A stretch of DNA of 64,000 nucleotides from Eledone cirrhosa. Lineage: Eukaryota. Under the pieces are notes generated by a model. The model did not search any database and was not told where the DNA came from. It saw nothing but the letters and a program-made list of their open reading frames with translations. Positions 1 through 11,126 of the stretch are shown piece after piece. Where the stretch lies: positions 373,116,001 through 373,180,000 of the forward strand of contig OZ024740.1 in assembly GCA_964016885.1 (NCBI GenBank), read 5' to 3'. How positions within the stretch are numbered: the stretch's first letter is position 1; each line of letters opens with the position of its first letter. Position numbers and translations under genes: made by a program.

Positions 1-300
1 CTCTCTAGTGTAATGTTTTTATTTAGCTGCGATATCTCCACAATTACTTATTCACTCTGCTTGCTTCTGTACATTTTCATATCAATTCCATTGAACGATT
101 TTGCGTTTCATACAAAGGGATGTAAATTTACAATATGTTATAATAGCTTCGTAGGTATAGATTTGGATAACACAGTATATGTTCGCTTCCGCATCTTATT
201 TGATATTACATATGTTTCATTGCAACAAATATTCCCTTTACGCATTTCATATTTTTGGTTGTATGAACGCTCCAAATCTGAGATGCACGTATCTATGCAT

Positions 301-446
<146 letters not shown>

Positions 447-1789
447 CCATTTGCTTAAAATGAATCGTTTTTAAAAACCAACACACTGATATACAGTCGT
501 ATCATTTTCTTTTCTGGTTCTTAACGTATTCAAGTGATTTATCTCAGAATATTTTGTTGTTGCTATATTACAGGTGTCATTTTATCATTTTAGGAATAAA
601 TCATAGCCATAATATAGAAGAAAATACGATATTTTTCCTCTGGTTTTCTTCGGTCTAAAGAAAGATTTATTGATTATAAAACTCTTAACTATTTCTAATT
701 TTAGAATAATGCGTTATTCAAATTTTTCCATATTTAGAATTTCCCCTTCTTATATCTCTTTTATGGACACTTTTAGCAAGTTATAATTTACTGCTGCTTT
801 TTTTGCGCACTTTATTTGTAATCTGAAGGTACTCGAGTGTTGGATTTGATTTGCCAAAACAATAATGTACCCCATTACAAAAGTAGATGTGAATGGTATC
901 AAACTGATATTTCTAAGACTAAATGATTAAAAGATGAAGTAATCATTACAGAGTGCATTTACCTCTTTTAAACTAATGACTAAGAATCCCAACACTAAAC
1001 GGTAACACTAAATCATACACGTTATATGTGTATAGGATTAGTTGATTTAACCTTGTTTGGTATACTTAATGATGAATAGTAGAGCTAATCTTGGGAGGTC
1101 GATTTAATCTTAGGTGGTAGATTTAATCTGCCGACCGGTTAACACCACAAACTAACTGGGTGCCCCTGGGTGTGTCTAATCTGTTGGAAGTATTAAGAAA
1201 AGGTTTCCGCTTTGAATGTACTTTCCCACTTCCTACCAGTCTCTCAAAAGTGTCATGAGCATTGTTATTTTTCACTGCCAGAAATGTAGGAAATTAAAAT
1301 AAATTCTATTTCATATGACTTCGGATTATTATATCTGACTATATTTCTGACTATATTTCTGAATATATAGGATACGTAACTGGAACTTTCAATTTCAAAT
1401 AGTCTTTGCTAAAATATTATAATGGCCTTTCAGCATTTGAAAGAGAGTAATGTTATAATACCTGTTGTATTTAGTATTACTATAGCCAATGTTTGGTATG
1501 GTATTTTAGTAGTGGTTACACATTTTAATTTATTCCATTCAAATAGGGATGATAAATGATTGTATTGTATTTATTTATATGTTATGAATAAAATTGGTTG
1601 AATTTTAATCACTATGTGATATGGTTGCTGTCACATTACCGTGTACATCCATTAATTCACAATGCACACACATCTCAACGCACACAAATAAAAAACGTAT
1701 AGATACGTTAACGTTCATTCTATAGGGTTATTTGTTGTTTGACTCTGAGTGCGTCGAAAATTATTGCACACATTTATACATGCACACAT

Positions 1790-1853
1790 ACATGTACACA
1801 CACACACGCACGCACCCCCCCATATATATATATATATATATATGCATATATAC

Positions 1854-1901
<48 letters not shown>

Positions 1902-2182
1902 TTTTACTCTTTTACCTGCTCCAGCCATCCGGCTGAGGCCATGCTGGGGCTTATATATATATATATATATATCTTAGTAAAAAGGAAAATCAATTGCTGA
2001 CAAACTTTTACCAGTGAAAAATAGTTTAATTAGGAATAAGTATAATAAGTATAAATTAGTAATTAGTGTTAGTTATTATTCAGTTTTACTTTAAAGTTTT
2101 TACTGGTTGCGCATTACTTCTGCTTTTCAAAAATCATTTTGAGATAGAGTGCTGGTGATTTTTTGTCACACCTCTAATTTTT

Positions 2183-2263
<81 letters not shown>

Positions 2264-2302
2264 TATTTACACATATTTACACACTCACATATATACACAC
2301 AT

Positions 2303-2337
<35 letters not shown>

Positions 2338-2345
2338 GAGAGAGA
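1790..2345. repeat. Cluster of (CA)n/(TA)n/(GA)n microsatellites
   Basis: Dinucleotide runs at about 1790-1899, 1952-1972 and 2183-2348. Confidence 0.9.
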
Positions 2346-2820
2346 GAGCGAGAATAGAGTAAAGGAAGAAAATAGGAGCGATGCTGTTTTCTTGAAACAA
2401 CTGTTTACAAAATTCGGCATTCTGATTAAAGAGGAAAAAACGGTTCCTCGAAATTTGAATATATATGTGGAATTTTATTGATTTCTGTAAGTTTGATAAA
2501 TTAGTATTTTAAAGTTAGCTGGTGACTGAGAATGTCACATTCAATGATACTTGATTTGAATATCTTTCAGTAATATTTCATCTCTGACAGATGGTATGCA
2601 AGTTTTAATATTATTTATTATTGGGAAAGATGTGATTAGTTTTGTTTTAAATTTTCAAGGAAGTCTCAATTTCCACATTATATATTTAAACATAAATATA
2701 GACATGCATGTACAGACATGTACACATGTATCCACACACATAAATATACATATTAGTGGGTGTGTGTTTATGTTTATGTGTCTATATATATGTAAGAGTG
2801 ACACATATATCTGGCTTAAT

Positions 2821-2864
2821 ACACACACACACATATATATATACACATATGTGTATGTATATAC

Positions 2865-2935
<71 letters not shown>

Positions 2936-2980
2936 GATATATATGTATATGTGTGTGTGCACGTGTGTGTCTGTGTGTGT
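2821..2980. repeat. Compound (CA)n/(TA)n/(TG)n microsatellite
   Basis: Direct reading of the sequence. Confidence 0.92.
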
Positions 2981-3049
2981 ATTCGGAATATTAATAGCTC
3001 AGGACCTTTGTGCGAAACAATATTTCTATTTGCAATAAGAATTTAGATT

Positions 3050-3900
3050 GATAGGATATGAACATTACTCTCCCCACATTACTATCCTGAGCGAAATGAA
3101 TTATACGAAGACTAGCAATGATTGTTGGCCGTGGACAACAGTCACGTAAACAACATTGATAGCTGATAAGTTTCCCCGTGGAACACTATTCCTTTCAAAT
3201 ATGCTTCTTACGTTTATGCTTCAAAACGATTCCATGCCGTTCACTCGTATTTTATCTATACCATTTATTGACTAATATTCCTTCTTCTATCACCATATTA
3301 ACAATTATTCCGAGCAGATTCTCCTCCTACCATACTGGTTTTCTTGAACGTATTGTGTGTTACCTGGAAATTTGGGCCGCCGTCTGTTGTTACACATAAT
3401 GATTGCATATTCTTTCTACGTGGTTTATCATGCAATTTGTGTTTTACATAAAAGCAGCCTGTTCTAGCCTCCATTGGACAGCATTTAAATAAGAGGATTC
3501 ACTTTTTAGCACAAACCTGCTCTTAATCATTGCATGTTGGTTGTTTTCCCTTTGCATTTCATCAAGAATGTGCTAACATTTTATGAACGCTACCTTGCCT
3601 GAACATGTTTAGATCTAGTAGTCATTTCTTGCAACCTTCCCATATAAAAGATGTTCCTCTAGGTGGGTGTACCTACACGGATAACAGTAACATCATTTAT
3701 TCTGCTTATGTGAATTTTCCTTCTAATTTTCAGCAATAAGTATTTAATCACATAGTAATATGTGCCAGGAGATATTATTTGAAATTGAATGAATCCAATT
3801 TGAACAGTGAAACGTGTGTGTTTAGCACTAATTTTTCTAATGTACCACTAAGAATAATTTTCCTAACTGAAAACATTGCTGTCACGCTTTGCAAATATGT
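3050..3900 (-). mobile_element. Highly degraded RTE/RTE-X-like LINE relic (3' part)
   Basis: Minus strand gives broken RRR.KF.G-type text resembling the RTE C-terminal region; many stops and frameshifts. Confidence 0.3.
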
Positions 3901-4190
3901 TTCCATGCATTGTTATCCAGCAGAGAACAAATAATGTTTCTACTTATTTACCGGAATGTTGATCCTTGCGAAATTGCTTTTAAACTCACCAATTACTTTC
4001 AGTCTTACCATAGTCTTACTTGTCACCATTTAACTTACATTTCACCATCTGTCTTATTTGTCACGATTTAAACGGTATTGTAAAAATACCATTTAAATTG
4101 TATTCCAGTTTAGGAAGGTGAAGTATTTATAAAAATTATCAATAACTATATCAACATTCATAAAACTAATATGATATACACTAAGATATT

Positions 4191-4341
4191 AGTGCATTAC
4201 TGGTGTATTATATCATCGATCCCGTAAGGATGAACGGCAAAGATAACCCTGGTGGGGTTTGAACTCAGAAAATAAAATGTCATAACTCTATGCTGTATAG
4301 CATGATGTCAGACGCTCTAGCATTCCTACCTATCCCCGGCC
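4191..4341 (-). mobile_element. tRNA-derived SINE, old diverged copy
   Basis: Aligns with the copies at 15511, 26183 and 59652 (atcgatcccgtaaggatgaa.ggcaaag core; tttgaactc is a B-box on the minus strand). Confidence 0.8.
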
Positions 4342-5049
4342 TTTGAACAAATTAATTATGTTGCAAATTACAATTCCTTTTCCACCATACCATAGATTAT
4401 TAGAAAACGAACTTCGATTGGGATTCAGTTTAACAAATGATATTGTCTCTTCTCTGATATAGGAACGTACCTATATATTCATTGCGTAGGCTCATATTGA
4501 GAATGCATAGGTTAGCCCATTACAAGCTGGACGAGAATATCCCTGGGGAAGATCTTAAGAGAAATAAGCAGATGAATTTAATGAATGTTTCAGAAAAAAA
4601 AAACATCCTTATGGCACGTGAAAAGGAACATGCTGACGAAGCCTTCTGATTGTAAACACTAGTACCATCATATTAGTAAATTGCAACGATAATTACTCAT
4701 CCTAGATATTCAAATAACAAATCTGATAGCTGATGTAAAAAGAAAAATCAGTTAGTTTAAATCAGGCAAATATTTTGGAAGTGTATATAAAAATTTAAAT
4801 ATCTATAACGTACACATATCTGCAAGAAATAAATTATTAATGTAATATTTACCACAAGTGCTAAGTGAAAACAGACCAGACATATAACTCTAAACGAAGT
4901 TTAAATAAACAACACAAGTAACCCCAAAAGTCAAATTGGTAATTAAAGAATATGGATGACGCAACAAATGTAAAGAGAAGCAAAATATAATTATATATAT
5001 TTCTTTTTAATTTAAACACAATAAAAATAATAATAATAATGATAATAAT

Positions 5050-5143
5050 TGTTTCTACTTTTGGCACAAGGCCATCAGTTTCCTAGTACATTACTGGTAC
5101 TTTATTTTATCCAAACCGTAAGGATGAAAGGCAAAGTTAACCT
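5050..5143 (-). mobile_element. 5'-truncated tRNA-derived SINE with (ATT)n tail
   Basis: Matches the 3' half of the SINE at 26183-26364; flanked by (TAA)n. Confidence 0.88.
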
Positions 5144-5149
5144 TTTATT

Positions 5150-5151
<2 letters not shown>

Positions 5152-5200
<49 letters not shown>
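5152..5200. repeat. (TAA)n tail/target of Tx1 element A
   Basis: Perfect trinucleotide run abutting the element 3' end. Confidence 0.95.
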
Positions 5201-5201
<1 letters not shown>

Positions 5202-5448
5202 CTTTCTTTATTAACCAAAAGGATTTACATAAAGTAGACATTAAGGACAGTACAGGACAAGACAGGACGGTACAAATGGGCATTTCTGCGTGTAAAAAAA
5301 AACAGAGGATGTAATAAAAAATAACAATGAAAAATTCACCAATAGGGGAAAGAGACTTCCGAGGGACATTTGTGGAGAAAGCCCATTAAAAGGCCACAGT
5401 GATCTGACCACCAGGGCAAGTGTCCTCTCCCAGTTTTCCACCTTTAAT

Positions 5449-8400
5449 TTACAGACATACACAGAGTAGGCTCATTCACTCAGGCCATACTTGCTTCTCT
5501 CACCCATCTTTCAACAAAATGCTGGGAAGAGAGCACTTCCCTCTCTACCCTGATTTTCCTTTTCAAATGAAATTTGAAAAAGTTAATCAGTGCATCACCG
5601 AAGAGGTATGTGCTCGCCTTCGGCCCTTTCAAACGTGTCCACCATACTATCTCTTTCGCCATGGCCACCAGAGAGATAAAAACGTCCTGCCCTTCCCGGC
5701 TAAAGGAAGAGGGCGTGGTAATCCTCACGATGGACTCAGCTGATAGCTGGATCCATCCTACACGTGACAGCAGGTGTTCGACATAAACCCACAAGTCAGC
5801 AATGCTCGGAAACTGGACGAGTGCGTGCAGGACGGTTTCGTCGCCCTGCGCGCATCTCGGACATGCCCGGCTGACGGCACCTCCATGCCTGTAGAGTTTA
5901 TACCGAACTGGCAGAGCTCCTCGGTAGCACTGCCAGGCCATGGATTTCTGGAAGTTGTCCATAGACACCGGCCCGAAAGTTCTCCCCAAGAGATTGGCTA
6001 GTTGATTTTCGTCGACGCCTAGAGTTAGTGCAAGTACGTCGTCGCTCTTCCCCTCGACTAATCCTCTATAGAACGCCATGGTGGAGTTTCCACCGATCAC
6101 ATTGCCCGATTGGTCGAGGGTTGTGAGCGCCTGAAGACATTCCAGTCTCCAAGCGCTCCCTCTCGGTCTTCGCTTGACGCAAGACTGCAGCTTCGTCAAG
6201 GAGACGAGCTGGGAAAAGAAGCGTCTAGCAAACGGCGACCACACCTGATCACCGTCGAGGAAGAGGTGGAGATTCGTAGCCTGAGCGCGTGTCTGCGCAT
6301 CATCATCCACGGCATGCCAAGCCCTACACGTAGCAGGTGTTGACAGCAGATGGTGCGCCTGACCAACGGAGCGCATCCCTTCCACAAAAAGCGAAAGAGC
6401 AAACGCTCCAGCGCAGTCAAGCGGGGCTTAGGACAAGATACGACGGCCAGGCGGTAGTAGATGGCGGAGGCGATGTACGCGTTAGCCACCTCCGCTCGAC
6501 CTTTCAGGGATAGCTAGCTCTCCGCCCATTTCTGGGTGAGAGACGCCACCCTGCTCGTCACCTCGTCCCAGTTTTTGTCCGTCTGGAGGTGCGGACCGAA
6601 CCAGACCCCTAGCAATTTAACCGGTCCGTCCGTCCAGCGCCCAACGACACTGCTGGACGGCATGGACCTGCCTCTCCAGATGCCTAGCTGCAGGCCCACT
6701 GACTTTTCCTGGTTGATCATTGCTCCTGTCACCGCTTTGTATTCTCTTAGTGTAGTGCCGATCGCCTCGATGTGTTTGGCGTTCGACACCACTACGGTGA
6801 CATCGTCCGCATATGCTGACACGGATCTTCCGCTTCCTTGTTCGCGCGGGACCCCCATCAACGTCTCCAGTTTGTGCAGTAATGGCTCGAGCGTCAATAC
6901 GTGCAAGAGGGACATGGGGGGACATCCTTGGCGGACTGAGCGCATGATGTTGAACGGTTCCGAAAGGTGACCGTTCACTCTCACCACAGAGCAGCTGTCA
7001 CTGTGCATGGCAGCGATCCAGCCTCTGAAGACGGGCCCAAAGCCAGCCGCCCTCAGGACTGCCGCTCGGTAACGATGGTCGATCCTATCGAAAGCTTTCG
7101 ACTGATCTAAATTGATCAAGGACCCACCCGTGCCAGGTTCCCTAGCTACTCTCTCTACGATGTATTGAATGAGGTGGAGGTTGTCGTGGATGGATCTGTT
7201 GGGAATGGCGCATGTCTGCGCCTCTCCCACCAGATCACCAACGACAAGCGCCAACCTCTTTGCTAGCACCTTGGCCAAACTCTTGAACTCTGTGTTTAGC
7301 AGTTTTATGGGCCTGAAATTATCTGTTATCCCCCTTATTCGGATCCTTTCTCAGCAGCGCCAAAGCTCCTCGGCTCACAGAGCTGGGAATTCTCCCCTTC
7401 TGTTGCCAGTTGTAGTAGACGTCCGGCAAGAGGCCTCCTCCGAATAAGTCTGGCATCTGTACGTAAAGTTCATAGAGCAGACCATCCAAAACAGGCAATT
7501 TACCCCTTGTGCAGCCAGTTATTGCCTCCCGTACTTCAGTGGCTGTTTAAGCGGCTTTTCGTAACCCTCCGCCTCAGTTGCAGAGAACCGCGGCAGTCCG
7601 TCGAGGTAGACACTAAAGTCCATCGCTCGATTCGGCCTGCCGCTGCCCCCGAAGAGTTGTGCGAAGTGTCGCTGAAAAGCTTCATACATTTGCCCGGGAT
7701 CGAGTACCATGCCCCCGTCGTGGTTCACCAAAGACAGGATCGTGGCTTTGTTGCCACGACGCGCCTCCGCCACTCGGGCCCATTTAACGGCTTTCGTCCC
7801 CTCGTGTCTGAGAGCACGCACCCTACCTCTGACAACGCAGCCTTCGTGCTTTGCATTGAAGAATTGGTCAAGGGTCAATTTCCCCGCAAGTACGTCGGTC
7901 GCGATGCCTTTGCTAAGTGCCTCGTCTAATTTGCTAACTATATTTCATTCTGCTCTATTTTTCTCTATTGCTAAAGCCTTACTAAACTTAATGGACTCTA
8001 TTCTAATCGCTCTTTTCAGAGCAAACCACCACCTGTTTTTCACGATGGCCCCCGTCAACGCCCGCTTCACTAGTTCGCTAATCCGGTCTCTGTAGGCCTT
8101 GCGCGCTGGTAAGGACGCGTTTAGCTTCCAGTAGCCGGGTCCTAGTCTACGAAGCCTATCTAAATCAAGCACACAAATTTGTGGTCCCTGTAGCTGACTA
8201 TCTTGAATTGTGGACAGCCTATGCTAGACCCATCTATTTCTCTACAAAATACTTTATCTAGATATGATCTGGATGACCCTATGCGATTTGTCCCAGTCCA
8301 CATTGGCACTTCGGGAAATACAATCGGTACCTGTCAGACAGTTCAAAACGCCTTGGCAGGTTGGTGAGGCTCTTGTACCCTCCTCCCCTATCCGCTAATC

Positions 8401-8865
8401 CCACACAGTCCCAGCGTGCATGTAAGATCCCGTTCCAGTCGCCCACTAACACTAACGAGTGGGACGTCCCAAGAAATGTCTCCAGACGCCGGAAGAATCA
8501 GGCCGCCCTGCTCCTGTCGATCATAGACGGCCACTAGCCTGAAAGCTTGCCCGTCTCCGCTGCTCACGTCCAGCACCACCGACTTACCTTCTGGGTCCAA
8601 GAAGATGGCCCGTATGGTGAGATCCAAACCTCTCCGAAAAAGCACAGCAACCCCCCCCCCCCTCCCCCGCTCCAGGACGGGTGGGAGATGCGTACACATC
8701 GTAGCCGCCGAAGTTCGGTGCGAAGGCCCGTGCTTCGGAGATTCTGGTCTCGCTGATGGCCACAACATCTATGTTTAGTGACCTGAGGTCGTTGAGCAGG
8801 TGGCCCTGCCTCCATGACGACGCCAAGCCACGCGGATTTATGCTGCCTATTCTGAGTGAGGTCAT
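5449..8865 (-). pseudogene. Tx1 ORF2 (APE endonuclease, reverse transcriptase, CCHC finger), multiply frameshifted
   Basis: MTSLRIGSINPRGL, GPGYWKLN, LINLDQSKAFDRIDH, SVRQGCP, SAYADDV, CPRC...ETVLHAL spread over several ORF fragments. Confidence 0.92.
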
Positions 8866-8899
8866 GTTGAAATGGAGTCGAAAAGATGGGAAAGACTAC

Positions 8900-10842
8900 T
8901 TACATTACTTCTGTTAGAGGAAGGATGGTTTCTCCATCCTTTTCACTGCTTGTGGCCTCCTCTGCAAGGATGACCTTATAAATCCTCCTGGAGAGTGCTT
9001 GTCGCAAGTCTCCGATGTCTTTGGGGAATTTTTGTTTGAGTGTTGTGCACGTTTTCTGTGTGATGCGAGTGATTTGTATGTGTGGAGGTGGTGTGAACTT
9101 TTGGTTAGTTGTGTAGTCTTTTTTGTGATGCTGGTGTTGTGTTGGATGTAGTGTAATAATTGGATGTTGTTCAAATTTATTGCTGTGTAATGTGTATCGT
9201 TTTGGTTGTTTTGTTTTCTTTGCGTTTGTTGTGGGTTTGTTTCTGTTTCGCTTTTTGGTGACTTTTGTGGTGTTGGTGATGGAGGTGTTGGGGTTAATGA
9301 TGGTGATGGTGTTGGTGTTTGTGGTGATGCCGGCGTGGATGGTGGCATATCTGTCCTAACTATTTTGTTTGATTGTTTATTTGTTTCCCTCTGTATTTTG
9401 TTTTTGGAGGGGGAAGGAAGGGGATTTTTTCTTTTTTGGTTACTTTTTCTTTTTTTCTTTTTTTTCTGATACCGTTTCCCACTCCTCGTCGTCACAATCT
9501 GTCTCAACTTGCGATAGGTCGGGGAGTGGAAAATCCTCCACAGGCGTTGGTTTTGGTTGTGGCGTGTTGGATGGTGTAGGCGCTGGTGCTAGTTCTGGCG
9601 CGTTGGGTGGTGGTGGTGGTGGTTTTTGCTACTGTTGCTGGGGTTGTTGCTGTCACAGTTGCTTCTGTAGCTGCTGCTACAGTTGTTGCTGCCATTTCTG
9701 CTGGTGGTGGTGTTGATGGTTGAGTCACTGGGGTGGGTAAGAGAGGTGGCCTCAACCTTTTCGCCTGAGGGCAGAAAGCTCTTAGGTGGGTTCCTTCACC
9801 ACAAACGACACACCTTCTGCCCTCGACGATTACGGTGAGGTGGATGCCGTCAGTGAGTTCTATTACCCTTGGGATCTTCTCCTCAATGCTTTTTTGTCCG
9901 CTTGGATCAGGAGCTCCATCCCAGATCCGGACCAGTTCTCCGGCTTTTCTTTCGCTATTTCGATTATCTTGGTGTTGGCTTCGATGCCGGCGAGGACGGT
10001 AGCCATTAGCCAGGGAATTTCGATGGAACGTGGGTCACCCTGATCTTCACGAGTCTCTGGCCACAATAGCTTGGGACGAGTGTGAAGTCGTCACTTCTTA
10101 ATGGGACCATGGCGTGTTCTCTGGCCTCCTGTGGTGTTTCAAAGAACACGTCCACGGTTCCATATTTCTGCCCACGTCTGATGTGGGTTTTTTTTGCCCA
10201 CACATGTCCCAAAGCTTTTTGGATTTTGGACTCGGATGCCCGTTCCACTCGGCGCGATTTTATGTTAATCCTCCGATAAGACACGGTGCATAGGCACCGA
10301 TGCTCCATTTTATTAGGTGGGAGGAGGGGGGTGGGGGCGCTGACTCTGTACCCATCTTTCTTTACCATTTGTTTGGCTTCTTCTAATTCCTCCTGAGTAC
10401 CTGGAATGCTTCGCACTTTTTTGCTACTCTCGCAAAAGAGAGGGTAGTTTTCTTAATTTCATTGTTGCTGTTGTGGTTATCGTTATTTTTGGTATTGCTA
10501 ATTTTAGTTTCAGTTGTGGTGGTGGCCACCACCACCACAACTGAAACTAAAATTAGCAGTGGTGTTCGGTGTGGAAGAGTTAATTTTGGTTGAATTAATC
10601 TCGCTATCACGAGTTAATTTCTTTTTTTTTGTTTCTGTTGTCGCTCTGGTGGTGGTGGTGGAGGTTGCGGCTTTAACACCTGCAGTCATTGGTAATGGCG
10701 GGAAATGAATGTCTGCCTGAGTCAAATTTAAAATATTGCCACTGCTTATATTATTAATGTTGGCAAACGTAGTAATATTTACAATGGTGGTGTCGGTGTG
10801 AGGTGTTAGTTTGTGAGGAAGGTGTGACACTGAGTCGTCCAT
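8900..10842 (-). pseudogene. Tx1 ORF1 (gag-like), frameshifted
   Basis: Fragments homologous to ORF1 at 37030-38517 (SFA motif, YGTVDV/YGSLSI, PSYCGQR/PTYMGRR, zinc-knuckle remnant near 9780-9815, Pro/Thr-rich tail). Confidence 0.8.
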
Positions 10843-11017
10843 GATTTTTCAAAGAAAACTTTTTGTTTGATAATTATAAAAGTTTAAATGTTGTACTCAA
10901 GGCCCCAATCTTTTGGGGTGTCCTTTTCAGATAACAATGTATTTGCACTTATATACAGTTAACAATAAAACTTTTCCATAAATGGCAATTTTATAACAAA
11001 CTTTTGCGGAGCTCACG

Positions 11018-11044
11018 ATGATACGATTTACTACGCAGGTCGCC

Positions 11045-11126
<82 letters not shown>

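Larger units (their letters stand above)
5201..11044 (-). mobile_element. Full-length but degenerate Tx1/L1-clade retrotransposon (copy A) in (TAA)n
   Basis: About 200-nt 5' UTR, ORF1, ORF2 with APE endonuclease and RT, AATAAA near the 3' end, (TAA)n on both sides. Confidence 0.93.
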
